NCBI RefSeq assembly: GCF_006345805.1
Contig: NW_021831287.1
Span: 186,001-250,000 of the forward strand
From: Octopus sinensis
Taxonomy: Eukaryota
Direction of reading: 5' to 3'
Length of the DNA: 64,000 bases
Numbering within the stretch: position 1 is the first letter of the stretch; every line of letters begins with the position of its first letter. Of this stretch, positions 24,519 through 37,419 are shown piece by piece. Under the pieces are notes generated by a model. That model was not told where the DNA came from and made no database searches. It worked only from the letters and a program-made list of their open reading frames with translations. The translations under genes and the position numbers were made by a program.

Positions 24519-26645
24519 ATGATGAATTATTTACTAATAATAAGTTAAATTATCCCATAATCTTGTAGTTTTTTCAAATTCTGCCCTTTCTTCAAGCTCT
24601 TGTAGTCCCATCCCTAAAACCCTCCAGATTTAGGAAAGATCTACAACTACGAGGGCCATTCCTACCACCTATCAAAAACCCCCGAAAACAGCGACCTAAT
24701 AAACTGTATTTGTACCTCTGCTGGCTTCTATTGGATCGACATATCCACCAAAGAGGAAAACCAGGCCATATCAAGTACTCTCAGCCTCTATCTCTTAGGC
24801 ATCCTCACCAACGATATGGGACTTGGTCTCTACCTCTCTAACCCTACAAAAGTCGCCTATCAAACCTACCAGTACGGAAATGACATGGTTAACCAGCCTT
24901 TATAATTTTTAGAAATATTCAAATTGGGGTACCAATGAGCCACGTGGAGAGGAACAGGTGGTTATCCAACGAAGATCAGGTCATTGGATTACTGTGGATT
25001 ATTTAAATAAAAAATATTTCATTTGTGAGTCTGGTGGGTTTATTTTTATTAAAAAATAGATTCAATTTCTTCAATGGGTATAAATATTACAACAAACAAA
25101 ATTCTTAATCGTATTTTATATAAAATGATTTAAAAATAGTGCCTAGTGATCATATATTATCATTTCGGAAACATACATATTATATATTCTCCTATTTTCG
25201 GTCATTTAATACAATAAAACAAATTTGTTCACAACTAAATGGATATCCATTTATACCCAACGACGCTGAGGAAAATTGTGCTATAAATGGTTAACCATTT
25301 TTTATAATAAATTATAGATTATATTGGCGGGAAAAGTTTTGTTGGATTAATAAAAAATAAAAATAAATTTGTGAGTGTTAAGAATTATATTACGGATTAT
25401 TTACCGTGGGAAAATTACGGAAATAACGGAAAGGATTGTGTGGTGGTTAGCCGTGAATATTTCCTCAACCGGGACTGTGGGGAGGAGGCCTTTGTGGTAT
25501 GTGAAACTGGTTTTTTGGCGGTTAAAAATATTTCAGACCGAATCGAGTCAGGAGCCAACCCCACAGAATGTTCTCGAACAAATAAAATAAGTAAATTTAT
25601 TTATATATAAATAGATTTTTTTGACCAACAATTAAGACGGGGACCACTAACTTACCACGTGTTTAATTATGGGAGTCAAAGTACTGAGGCGATTGACATT
25701 TGTCGACTCAGAAATGAGGAATTGTACTCCCCAGAGAACAGAGATGAGGATTGTGCAATTATGGGTTTATTAATTTATATATATTAAATTAGAAAATGTT
25801 AATTTTCCTGTTTTTTTAAACATTAATGGAAATTTGAATAATTTGGTTGGTTCTTGTGGGTATTTTAGGTGTATACAAACTGGGAGGCGGGGTACCCGAA
25901 TAGTGACCCCTCTTTTGGCTGTTCCTACAGCCATTTTGACCTACAAAAATGGCAAAATTCAAAATGTGGATATTCCAGTTTTATTTGTGTGGGAAAAAAT
26001 CTAAACCGCGGGAAATATATTCAGTGTAGCAACAGGCTCACCAGGATCCATAATTCCGGGACTTTTGCGGTTTCCGTGAACAACGTGACGTTATATGAGG
26101 CCAACTTGGGGTACTATGATTCACGGAGACTTTGTTCTTCCCGCGGAAAAACGTTATTTAATATTTCTTCACCAGAATTCCTCACCAAATTTAGTTCAAG
26201 TAAATTTTCCCTCCATTTTTTAAAGTAATGAATAAAAGCGCGAATATTTTGAATCAATTTATGTGGAATGGGAGTGTGTTGACGTGGGTCGATGTGGCCC
26301 CCGAGGGAGTCCCAAATTGGGGACCAGGTGAGCCCAGGGTGTTGGACGACAAAATCACGTGTGTGGTCATCGATGCCAATGGAGAGTGGAGGACCGACTA
26401 CTGCACTGCGGACTACACAACAACGTGTATATACGAGGATATGTCACTGAGGAGGGAGAACAAAAAGACTGTAAAAACGTACTTTTTTGGACTTTTGGGA
26501 TTGTTGCTGGCATTGTTGGCCATAATGCTCTTTATTATTAAGAGTGGGAATTTATTTTTATATTTTAGAAAAAAATCAGACTAAAAAATATGTCCCGTTC
26601 AAAAAAGATTCCAAAAAATCTCGCTATTTAACCGTTAGACTTTAG
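24519..26645 (+). CDS. Type I membrane receptor with about four C-type lectin domains (mannose receptor-like)
   Basis: Signal peptide; repeated YSNWGTNEP / YLPWEN..DCV / YTNWEAGYP / NWGPGEP..CV...GEW...C motifs; TM FFGLLGLLLALLAIMLFII; short basic tail. Many micro-introns. Confidence 0.82.
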
Positions 26646-26750
26646 ATATTAATTTATTAATCTAATCTATTATTAATTAAATAAATATAATATTAATTAA
26701 ATAAATTTATAAAGCAGTTGTTTTCTTGTGGTACCTAGTGGTCGTTTTTT

Positions 26751-27368
26751 ATGGTCGTTAAAAATTCACAAAGACGTGACAGTTCAAGCAGATCATGTTC
26801 TCGAAGCTCATCTCCTAGTTCTGGGAGTTCTATCTCTTCATCTTCTGGTTCAAGTCGCAGTAGTTCTCCAGGAGCTAAGGCGGCAATTGCTGCTGTTAAA
26901 AACTCTCCCAGACAACCCACTAAAACCGAGAGAAAAGCCCGCCAATCTCCAATCAAGAGGGAAAGGACCCCTCCAATGAGACCCTTGAAGGTCTACGTCT
27001 CAGGACTGACCCAAAATGTGAACAAACTACATATTGGGGAGATATTTGGAACATGTGGAGCCATATTGAGCACAGTAATGCCAGTGGATCCAATTCACCC
27101 TGAATTTTCCCGCGGATATGCATATGTGACATTCGAGACCCCTGAGAGTGCAGAGGCAGCTGTAAAGATGCTGAACAGAGGACAAATTGATGGGCAGAAC
27201 ATAAGTGTGTCCCTCATGCAGAATACGAGGACTGCTAGGAGGTCTCCTGTCCATTATAGAAGGCCAATGTCCCCTGTGAGGAGGTATCGGTCTCCTGCAA
27301 GAAGGCGTTATTCTCCCCATAGGAGAAATAGGGCTCGTGTTGGTGGAAGTCGTTCTTCTTCTCGATGA
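26751..27368 (+). CDS. RNPS1: RNA-binding protein with serine-rich domain 1 (EJC/ASAP component)
   Basis: Ser-rich N-terminus; RRM KVYVSGLTQNVNKLHI.EIF...SRGYAYV.F...A..A...GQIDGQ; RS/P-rich tail. Uninterrupted ORF. Confidence 0.92.
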   Translation: MVVKNSQRRDSSSRSCSRSSSPSSGSSISSSSGSSRSSSPGAKAAIAAVKNSPRQPTKTERKARQSPIKRERTPPMRPLKVYVSGLTQNVNKLHIGEIFGTCGAILSTVMPVDPIHPEFSRGYAYVTFETPESAEAAVKMLNRGQIDGQNISVSLMQNTRTARRSPVHYRRPMSPVRRYRSPARRRYSPHRRNRARVGGSRSSSR

Positions 27369-27471
27369 TTTGGTATTAATTAATTTTTGTTCCTTGTTTC
27401 TATTTTTTGAATTTTGTTTGACCCACTAGAATTTTATTTTTAAATGTATTTATTTAATTTATTTTGTTGTG

Positions 27472-27592
27472 GTGATAACTGTTGGGGTCATTAGTCAGGT
27501 CGTTTAATTTGATTAAACTTTTCGCGCTTAATTAATTTTGTTTAGCACGTGGTTTTTTAATTGACGTTATTGATGACGTTCTGACTCCAATT
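27472..27592 (+). ncRNA. Candidate structured small RNA (unassigned)
   Basis: Closing stem TTGGGGTCA/TGACTCCAA (or AGTCAG/CTGACT) enclosing three hairpins; TTGATGA and CTGA boxes near the 3' end; downstream T-run. Confidence 0.4.
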
Positions 27593-28252
27593 ATTAAAAA
27601 GTTTTTTTATTTTTAATAAATAAAATAAATAAATGCCAGTGTAGGTCTTTGAGTAAGGCTCCATAAGGATTGAAGAGAGGGAGGAAGGAATGCTGTGTGG
27701 TGGGAAATATTAGATTTTATTATTTAAAAAATTGATACGGAGTTTAAGTAGGGCTATTGGGGAAACCTGAGGGTGGTAATGAGACTGTTGAATAAATTAG
27801 GAACCGACCATATAAAACTATTGAGAAGAAGTTCTATAACTTCAAACAATAATAAATTAATAGTTAATCAGAAACTAAGCAGATCTCACTCCAGCTCGCT
27901 GATATCCACTCTCATTCTCTTGGAAGAAGAGTCTACTTCCAGCTCCCTCTTACTCCCCATTAGCACATCTGATTCAACCATTGCAACTTCTTTAGCATTC
28001 ATTGGGTCGTCTTCATCTTTGCATGCCATCTCCACATATCGGTTGGAAGCAGAAGCGTATTCTTCACCAGATACCTTCATTCCGTGCTTCAGCGTAAACT
28101 ATCGAGAATAACTAGTCTTTAATTTTGACATAAAGTGAGAGGCCTTAATAAGTTTTGCTTTTGAAATTGATTGTTTTCTTCTGTAGGTTTTAATTTGTTT
28201 TGTAGCTCTTTAGTTATTCTTACTACTCTCAATATTATAAAGTTCTATAAAA

Positions 28253-28324
28253 GGGCATTTAGCTCAGTGGTAGAGCGTTCGACTGCAGATCGAATGGTCG
28301 GGGGTTCGATTCCCTCTGTGCCCT
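28253..28324 (+). tRNA. trnC-GCA: tRNA-Cys (GCA)
   Basis: GGGCATT-TAGCTCAGTGGTAGAGC-GTTCGA-CTGCAGA-TCGAA-TGGTC-GGGGG-TTCGATT-CCCTC-TGTGCCC-T cloverleaf followed by a T-run terminator. One T:T mismatch at 7:66. Confidence 0.93.
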
Positions 28325-28464
28325 TTTTGTTTTTTAAGAAATAATGAATTTCATAGTTTTTTTATTTAAAAAGGAAAAACAGTAAAATAGATATTAATTT
28401 CTTTTACTGGGTTATTAAACATAATTTTTTAATAACAAATATGGATTTAATCAAAAAGGCTAAT

Positions 28465-28860
28465 TCTTTACTGGGCGAGAGGCTGACCCGATAGAGAGAG
28501 TTAGAGCTTACTATCGCGACATATATCCACTCAAAAAACCATCTCGATTTGCAGGTGTCGCCTGTGAGTGTGGAAATCCAAGACCCGATCTCCTGAACAA
28601 AGCTGATTGTCTTTCCCCCAATGAACCGGACGTTTCAACTACAAATAAAAGGACTTGGTACATCTCCACAAATGAAGAGTACTTCCGTATCTTTTTGATT
28701 CAGCAGTTGTGACGATTGATCCAGGGGCGGATGCCGACATCATCAGGTTCTTTTTCTTGTAAGTATTTGTTATTCGAAAATAACAAGCTCTTGAGACACT
28801 TTGGTGCATGGTAGGTCCTCTTCCAGACAGAACCCATTTAGCACGTAACTAATCTCCTAG
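28465..28860 (-). mobile_element. LTR-retrotransposon 3' remnant (copy of the 21.7-kb repeat plus a purine tract)
   Basis: Similarity to 21695-21822; polypurine-like TGGGGGAAAG; an upstream GPY-like motif in decayed frames. Confidence 0.4.
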
Positions 28861-30083
28861 AATGTTTAACAGATATTCGAATTAATGATTAGTTTAAAAC
28901 TAAATTAATTAGTCAATACTGACAATTCTAAGCATGTCTTATTCTATGTCGATGTTTGTTTTTACGCCGATATTTTTACGAATCTGACAAATTGTGCATT
29001 AAGTTTTTAATTTTTATATTCAATTATTAACCTATTCATTATTTTGTCGCACTTTGTGCCTTTCTTTACTTCATTTTAAGATTAGAGTAAAATTAAAAAA
29101 AATAAACTTGTAAAAATCATTATTTCATCAGAAAATAATAAAAAGAAGAATTCTAATTTTACGAGTTTTTTCAAGCAATCAAAACAAATCGTTCAATACC
29201 TCATGTAAACCAATTCTGACATTTTTGATAGTTTACTAATAAAAAGAGTCCACAGCAGTCGATAACAGCTGTGAGTACATAAGATAACCCTTAAATGCCA
29301 GGATAATATGCTCAGCCGTTTTCAAGTCGCCGAATTGCGGCATGCTATATTAACTGGGGAAATCTTACAAAGCAGTTTTGCAATATAAATTTATTCAAAT
29401 CATTAAATTTCCGAAGAGTTAAAGCAGACGGAATACCTTTGTATTTCGGACTCTTTCGAGTTTGCCCAAAATACCAATCTTCTTCTAAGCACAATCAAAC
29501 TATTTGTATATGTAATTTCTATTCCTGTTTTGTATGAGTCAGTATTCTTTTCCATTATTTATACCTTTTCCAACGAGACATGCCCCATGTAAACTTTTAC
29601 ATTCAGCATCATCCAAGATTCCTATTTTGCGACACACTTATACCACCTTTTTACAAATATTTTGGTATACAAAATTCAATCCCAAAAAGACCAATTTGTA
29701 GTAATGTTTTTAATATCATTAATTAAGAAAAGTGAGTAAAAACATATTTGTGATTTGTACTGAATTTTTCTTTCTCTGTATTTTTCTTTCCACTAAAAAG
29801 TAGTTTCATAAATTTTTCAAGGATAAAAGTACTGTTCAGTCGTGCTGACGCCCTCATTTTTAATGACATATTCATAAACATAATAAACGAGCCTGCCTCC
29901 ACATCCACAATGCTCACAGCAATCAAACACGTTTTGTTAACTAAAACTAGCCTTGCTTGATTGCATGTTGACTTTCCAGACCTTTTAATCCAAAAGTTCG
30001 AAATTATTGTAATTCGCAAAATCATTTTATTAGGACTGAAAGTTGCATCTACAATCTTACTTCAAAATTTTGAAACTTCAAAC

Positions 30084-32177
30084 CAGGGTTGTTTGATTTA
30101 AATCAGTGATTCTCAAGTGCAAAATATTTTATTTTTTAATTTATATTATTAAATTTTATAAATAAAAAATTATCGGTTTTTTATATGTTGTGGTGATGTC
30201 GAATTCAAAACGTTTTCGAAAAATTTCCGAGGAAAATAGGATTTTTCAACACATCTAGGAAGAAAAATATTTCTTTATTGAGGTCAATGGAAAGGCTCTT
30301 TGCCTAATATGCAATTCTATTATTGTAACTTTAAAAACGTATACCATCGAACGGCACTATTCTTTATGGCTATTTAAAGCGGTCATCTACTTTCAAAAGT
30401 GGCACATATTCGTCTAATATTAACCTGACATAATACAAAATTAGTTACCTATTAGCTAAAAATATGAAGCTTTATTCTGATGGCAAATTATATAAAACGG
30501 CAAACTGGTTTTTGTGGACTTATGAATAAATGGAGGTGTGATAGTAACTGGACTCCAGTATTATGGCATCATTGCATTATTCATCAGGAAAACCTAATTT
30601 TCAAAAATATTAAAATGCAAAATGTTTCTCAAGTAGTGATAAAAATTGTCAATTGAATTCGGGCGAACGCTTTGAATCACCGAAAATTTAAAACATTTTT
30701 AACTGAAATTTTTTCAAAATTATTTGCGCCCCCTGTAATTTTTTTAATTTGCGGCCACTGAGTAAAGAAGCTTGAGAATCACTGATTTAAATCATAAAAA
30801 ATCAAAAAATCATATAAAATTGTTTAAAGTGATTAAATGTCTAATAGAAAGCATAATTTCTTGTTGGTTCACTTCGATAAACATTATTCCTGAAAGACTG
30901 CCAGTCGAGCCAGATGCCGTAATTGCGGGAAGGAGGTATAAGCTCTTGTATTTCGGATGAGGAAGTATTATTTGTTATTCCGAACTAATTTTGATATCTT
31001 TGAAAATTCGTCGAAAGTTGAAAGTTTTTTAATCCGCGATTTGTCTCTGAGAATGAGGGACTAATCATTAATCAATTTCATTACTACGATGACGTTATCG
31101 AAAAAAAATTAATAGATATTAAACTCGCTAAATACTTATATTCTACTAACACTCCTTTTGCTGTAGAACATCTCGAATTTGTTCAATTTATCAAAATGCT
31201 TCTTCTTGGCTATCTTTAACCTTCTTGTCATCAAATTGGTGGTTTATTGCTTGATCGAGTGTACGACCAACTACATGAAAACTGTCGACAAAGACTCCAG
31301 GAGAAAACACTGTTTATGATCCTGGATATGTGGAGAAACATTCATAAAGAACCTGTTATTTGTGTTTCGGTTGTAACATCGGATGGAGAGAACCATCTAA
31401 TTTACACTGTGGATACCTCTGGACATAGATTAGATTCTGCCAAGTCTGCAGAGCAACGGTTTGGATGTAAAATCGGGAGTCTTGTGCTGCCAATATGCTA
31501 AAATGAGGCGGATAATGATGAAAATTATTATATATGGTAGCTCGCCACATTATCTCAACCTTCTTGCTAAAGATGTAGACATAGCTGACGTTAAAGAAAC
31601 CATCTTAAAAATAAATAATTTCGAAATGTTTATCTTTCAGCAGCCCGATACACATCTGCTGGAGAAAAAAAACTTGTTCTTTCGATTTATGTTCGCTGGA
31701 ATACTATCAGATTGTTTTGGACCTTATCTGGATGATAGGTCTATAATTTTGAAAATTTTTTGAAGAATACAGATCCGATATTGATAGAGATATTGCTCTT
31801 AAAGTTCAAAATATTTGCCTAAAACGCCGTATGGGAGAATATTTGCGGCTGATTAAACCAATTGCTGTCGCTTTAGACAAAATGCAAAATGATTTTACGA
31901 AAATTAGTCATACTGTAGAAATTTGGAAAGAACTTGAACAGACTTATTTGGTCTATAAATGTACGGCTATTTTAGAAAAGGTGAAATTTTGAGTTGATCA
32001 AGCATTAACACCTTTCAACTTACTTGTGATTCTTAGACCAGCCACTTCAACAGGTGCAATAGAACGAATTTTTTCGACTTTTAGATTCATACATTCAAAT
32101 GTTCGAAATAGCCTTAGAATTAAATTAAATCAAAAAATCCTGTTTAAATCAAAAAATCATAATTTTTAACAACCTTG
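30084..32177 (+). mobile_element. Decayed hAT transposon (outer)
   Basis: Termini CAGGGTTG...CAACCTTG; 8-bp flanks CTTCAAAC/TTTTAAAC (6/8 match); transposase remnants D.W.NI..EPV, H.LNLLAKD, ERIFS. Confidence 0.7.
30104..30784 (+). mobile_element. Internally deleted hAT (SPIN/GTF2IRD2-like) nested in the outer hAT
   Basis: TIRs CAGTGATTCTCAAG / CTTGAGAATCACTG; perfect 8-bp TSD ATTTAAAT; KALCLICN and HCIIHQENL motifs. Confidence 0.9.
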
Positions 32178-32185
32178 TTTTAAAC

Positions 32186-32700
32186 GGATGGTTACAAAAT
32201 TTTCCAAAAATGCATGGATGACTGAAGATGCGTTTAGATATTGGCTTCATATGATTAATGATTATTTTTATCACAAAATTGGAAAATTATTCTCTACTAG
32301 ACAATGCTAGGCGTCATAATAATCTGGAATTTTAAACATAGAATTATTTTTTCTACCTAAAAATACAACTCCTATACTAAAGCAACTGGATTGTGGAATT
32401 ATCAAATCTTTCAAAGACCATTATTCCACATCTTTAATAAATTTTATGTTTCACTGACAATCAAGAATTTTTTATTGAGTCTTGAAGAATATAAATTTAC
32501 GTCAAGTTGTATTAGTGATTTCTGATTCATAGACGGAGGTTCCATCAGAAACTACTGTTGGGATAAAGTTTCTGTAAACACAAATCCGAGGATTTTAATG
32601 GTCATTTCATTAATGAAAAAAATGAAAAGCTATCTTTTTGATACTGAACTGATGCAACTATAAGAACAGCCATTGATAACAAAACAAAGTTAAGTAATAA
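32186..32700 (+). mobile_element. pogo/Tigger transposase remnant
   Basis: NAWMT, LDNA..H, FLPKNTTP.L..LD.GIIKSFK, similar to the transposase at 59.4-60.8 kb. Confidence 0.75.
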
Positions 32701-32799
32701 CTTTAACTTTGTCTCCGGATTGTTTCAAAAATTTTTGTAATTTTATAAAATAATTAATGTGCAATTTAGTGGGTGTTTTAGTAGCCAAGAACTGCAAAA

Positions 32800-34362
32800 A
32801 CAATGTATTTTAAGGCAAAAAAATTGTTATTGAATATCCGCTGGAGTTTTTATTCCGAGAGAATGGCGAGTTGCAATGTCAACTTTGCTTATGCACAGTC
32901 AGGTGTGAGAAAAGCATTTTGTGAATTCTCACCGAGAATCGAAGAAGCACTCAAATTTATTAAGTTTTTACAAATTAATATATTTTTTTAGAGAATAATT
33001 TCTATCACAGCCTTGTTTGGACGAGTTACCCAATGATGACTGGTCAATGCAAGTCACTAAAGCATTTATTCAATGCGATATACCCTTGCATAAATTGACT
33101 ATGCCTCCTCTAAAGAATTATTCAAGAATACTTCTTTGCCTCTTCCTTCCCCAATACAAAGCAAGAATGTGCGTTAAACAATTGAAAACTGAATATATTG
33201 TATTATTTCAAGAAAGTTTAGGTTCATGAAAATATTAATTTTTTAGAAATCAACTTGTATTCGCCATAAGTGACGAGGTCACTATTCGTAGTCAAAAATT
33301 TGTTGCAGTTTTAATGGGGATACTTAAAAATCCCGATAAAACTTATTTGATTTCTTTCGTAAAATTGATAAAACTTCTACCAAAGAAACAATTATTCAAA
33401 TTGTTGACGATACGATTAAATGCGTTTTAATTGAAAGACAAAATTTCCTTCTCCTAATAACAGATTCCGCTAAATATGCTAGCAGGTTTTAATTTAACAT
33501 ATAATTATAGCTGGAAAAGTTCTTAAGCTTTTATATCCAAGGTTATTTCACGTAACTTGTGCTGCTCATCTGATGCATAATTGTTCAATGAAAATCAGGA
33601 CTATTTATCCTGAAATTGATTCTCTTATTGCATCAATTCAAGCGGCAATAACAAAAAATAACAAGAGAAAACGACTATTTAATGAAATTGGAATTCCCCC
33701 TCATGTAGTTTTAACTAGATGGGGTACTTGGCTAACTGCTGCATTTTATTATGCAAAAAATTTAATACATGTGATAAACATTTCAAAACAATTCCTGATG
33801 ATGGAATCATTGTTCAGGCTGCAAAATAGCCTAAGAGATGAATCTCTAGTAAAAGCTTAAGTTCTATTGTTAGAAATTATTCGACAATTCCAGGTAAACT
33901 AGTTTAATAATAGCAGAATTATTGTGCAAATTTGAAAGTTCTCACCCTCAATAGAGTTAGCTTACAAGAGCTAAAGAATTTAAAATTTGACGACGAATCA
34001 GATATAATTGAAAAATATTTGAATGAACGATTACAAAAAAATGATTTATGTCAAATTATAAGAATGACAAATTCATCAATTTCTCCTGAAGAATATTGTA
34101 TGCTTTTAAAGTGTCAGCCTTCATCCTCTTCCATAGAACGATGCTTCTCTCAAATTAAAAACTTTATGAGGGATAACAGAAATTTTAATATTGAAAATAT
34201 AGAGAATTATGTTATATGTTTGTATAATAAGATTCTTAAGTTAAAATTTGTTAGGTTAAAATTTTTGTTTTATAGGTTAAAATTTGGTTATTTTTAGGTT
34301 AAAAAGTTAAAATTTTTAGGTTAAAAAAATCGAAGTTTTTAGGTTAAAAAAAAATTGCCCTA
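32800..34362 (+). mobile_element. hAT-related (CGGBP1/DUF659-like) transposon with micro-introns, decayed
   Basis: TDSAKY...AG..LK..YP.LFHVTCAAHLMHN, PP..VLTRWGTWL, SSSIERCFS. Introns at 32964-32991, 33222-33246, 33486-33510 and 33894-33916. GCCCTA terminus with TAGGTTAAAA subterminal repeats. Confidence 0.75.
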
Positions 34363-34387
34363 TTTATAATCAACAAAGATAGTTTTA

Positions 34388-35980
34388 TGTCACGAGCCTA
34401 GGTCGTTACCGAGCCTAGGTCGTTACACTTATGGACTTAGAAAAAATTCAAAAAAATAAAAAAAAATTTGAATCAATTTCAAAATCGACTTTGTCAAAAT
34501 AAATATTATAAAATGACAATACTTAAAAATGGATTGGATGCCAATTTTTCGATGATAGAATTTAAAAATAATGCCAACTAGACCGTGCTTTAAAAAACGA
34601 TTCCCGAACTAAAAATAAATTTTAATTATGAATTGCTATTTTTTTCAAATAAGAAAAATTTCAAAATGCTTTAAATTAGAAAAATACGCAGAAATGTATT
34701 TTTATTCGAAAATTTGTCTATTGAATGTTCGGTCATGAATGTTTCTCTGCTAATTAGGTTTTGAATTTTTTTATTAACAAAACAATCAATTATGTTATTT
34801 AAATTTTTTTATTCTTTTCATGAATGTCTTCTTAGTAGTTCCATCATCCATTTGAACTCTGACCATATTATGCGGCAGGATTTCAGTTTTGTACAAACTT
34901 CTCCGTATGGACTTTCCAATTTTTTGAGTGCAGTGAAGGATTGGTACCATAATCCTTTTGAATCCTTATCTACAATTTAAATAATTTGAGTTTACCTTAT
35001 CTCCAATTTTAAATGAATATTTTGACCGATGAACACCCATTCTCCTGTTCATTTTTGGAAATATGGAGATGTCACATCGGTGGCGGAAAGTTGAAAGAAA
35101 ATTCTATGTTTTTCGAATCTATTCTATATATTGCGAATTTTTAACTAACCATCTGAATTGTCACTCTTCATCTCAGTGTCTTTTCAGGAATAAGTTGTTC
35201 GATCCTCTAATCCCACGATATCTATGAAATGGGAATCCTCCTAAAAATGAATAATTTTAAGAAAACCAGTAGAAGAATGTTTACTTAAATTATAAAAATA
35301 AACAGCTTCATCTATATACTTCGTCGTCCAACACTTATCTTCATCATTAGCCATCATTTAGATAGCGACCTTGTAACCGTTTGGTTAAAACGCTCGATGA
35401 TCCCTTGACTTCTGGGATTTTTGGCCTACTGTGTATCTGTTGAATGTTGAAGATTCACACAAGGCAGCACATGTGGATTTTTGAATTCAGTTCCATTATC
35501 CGATTGCAAATATTGACACGGTCCAAAACGTAGAAAAATTTTTTTGAGATTTTCAGCAACGTCAATTCCGCTTTTTATGTTTTAGGTTTCGAGTGAATGC
35601 GAACTTCGAGTAGACGTCAAAACCGTTAAAAGCCATGCTATAGTTTCATTTGTTTGTTTAAATCTTTAATTATATAATACAAAAAATTGATACCTCTTCA
35701 GATCAATAAGTCCATCTGGAATTTTTCATTGGGACGATTGGCAATCACATGATTTTCTTCATCCCCTACTTTCAAGGGAGTTGAAAATTGCAAATTTCAC
35801 AATCGGCAACAATTTTTCGGATTATTTGGTCGTTTTAACAGTGAAATATTTTCATGGCACATGTTCTCAAGAGTGTTATTTCCACAATGCGAAACGAGAT
35901 GAATTTGGCTAGCCACCAATTTCATAGAAAAATAAGCGAAATGTCACGACCTAGGCTCGGTAACGACCTAGGCTCTGACA
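34388..35980 (-). mobile_element. Ginger-type DNA transposon with ~40-bp TIRs and a decayed intron-containing integrase
   Basis: TGTCACGAGCCTAGGTCGTTACCGAGCCTAGGTCGT at 34388 and its inverted copy ending at 35980. Integrase motifs HCG.N.LE, DVYSKF, LQSDNGTEF, HSRP..P.SQG.IERFN. Confidence 0.85.
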
Positions 35981-36116
35981 AGTTATGTACACAATAATAG
36001 CAAATTTTTATACGATTTTTGGGACAACCTCTATTTTTAGAACAGCCACTTGATGTTCCAAACGGAGATTCGACTCTAAATGGGATAACAAAGAAAATTC
36101 TTTTTTTAATATTTAA

Positions 36117-36160
36117 TGTCACAGTCCAGACATGAGCCACGCCGGACATGAGTCACTTTT
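36117..36160. mobile_element. Orphan Ginger-like terminus
   Basis: TGTCACAGTCCAGACATGAGCCACGCCGGACATGAGTCAC has the same TGTCAC start and internal direct-repeat layout as the other Ginger TIRs. Confidence 0.45.
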
Positions 36161-36499
36161 CAAAAATTTATAAAAATAAATAAATAATTATTAAATAGAT
36201 ATACCTTACTCCAACTATACCATATTAGTGTTTTTTATGTCTTTTTTGGATTAAAGTTCATATTATTTACCCCCAAATAACAAACATAACGCATTTTTGA
36301 CCCGACATAACGTTTTATCGGTACTGTTGCATTTCATCCTGCACGAAAATAGCCTCTAAATGAATTAATGCAAATTTTTATGAATACTAGATCGAAAATT
36401 TAAAAAATTGAACTATGCCGAATTTGTAAATTTTATTCTAATTTTTTTGAAAAAAATTTGAATTTTTTACCGGCTTGTGGAGATGAATGATACAGTTGT

Positions 36500-37020
36500 C
36501 ATGCGAAAATTTGCAAAACTGAAGGACTAAGAACTTCCCCGTTCTGAAATGGAGTCAGTTGCTTTTCTTCAAGAGGTTGGAATCTTTCCCAAAGAAAACA
36601 AATGTCAAAAACAGAATTTATGACTCTTCTCCAACAGCAGGAAAAACAACATGGGTGTGCTATAAAATGGGTGTCGAACATATATAGTTCTATTAGAAAC
36701 AGTAAAGAGAACCTTACAGTTAATCACAAGTTGCCATAATTCGTTATAAATTGCAGGACGAAAATTTTGTAGATCGAGCACAGGTGCACATACACAGAAT
36801 GTTGAGAGGTTCAGATAATAATTATATATGAAAAATAAGACTGTTGGGGTGCGCAAAATGACGCAAAAGAGACAAAGTGGGACCCCGCGTCACTTCATGG
36901 GTGATATTTTGCAGGTATCAAACTCCTAATACATTTATAGAATTTTATGGAGAAGGCAAGGAGCCATTTAGAAACTCCTTCGATGAGCTAATAGATGCCT
37001 CGTCAAATGTTTATCGATTA
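36500..37020 (+). mobile_element. Merlin (ISXO2-like) transposase remnant
   Basis: FLQEVG..P....C...W.C....C....SIR N-terminus; TGAHTQNVER; GTPR...EF.WRR after a 26-nt intron (36915-36940). Confidence 0.65.
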
Positions 37021-37419
37021 ACTTGAATTTTTTTATTAGAAACAATTTTAAAATATTAAAAATTATTTTTTTTAATTTCCTTAGCCGACTAAAATTTCCC
37101 CCTCTTCATTTTCTAAATATAATGTGCCTCTGTCCTGTTTTATCACTCTGTATGCATATGTATCTATCTGGTCATACAGAGGATATTTTCTTGTGTTTTC
37201 ATTTATATCTTGATCCATCCGTAAAAGTGCGTAATCTCCAACTGATATTCCCTTTTCATCAAATCTCCATCTTCTCCTTTTTTTCATTTTTTCCCCGCAC
37301 TTTCAAAATTGTTAAGTACGTCTTCTTGCATTTTATTTACTTTTTCGCTTTCTTGATACCCAAAATCTACTTCTTCGTATTCATTTTCTCCTTATCGTAA
37401 AATAATTTCATAATTACCA

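Noticed and set aside
26728-27320. Overlapping alternative-frame and antisense ORFs over RNPS1 and other genes
   Set aside because: Expected shadows of GC-richer or low-complexity coding sequence, with no independent motifs.
27620-28110. Protein-coding gene between the ncRNA candidate and tRNA-Cys
   Set aside because: No consistent spliced model on either strand; the 64-aa minus ORF may be a retroelement fragment but cannot be supported.
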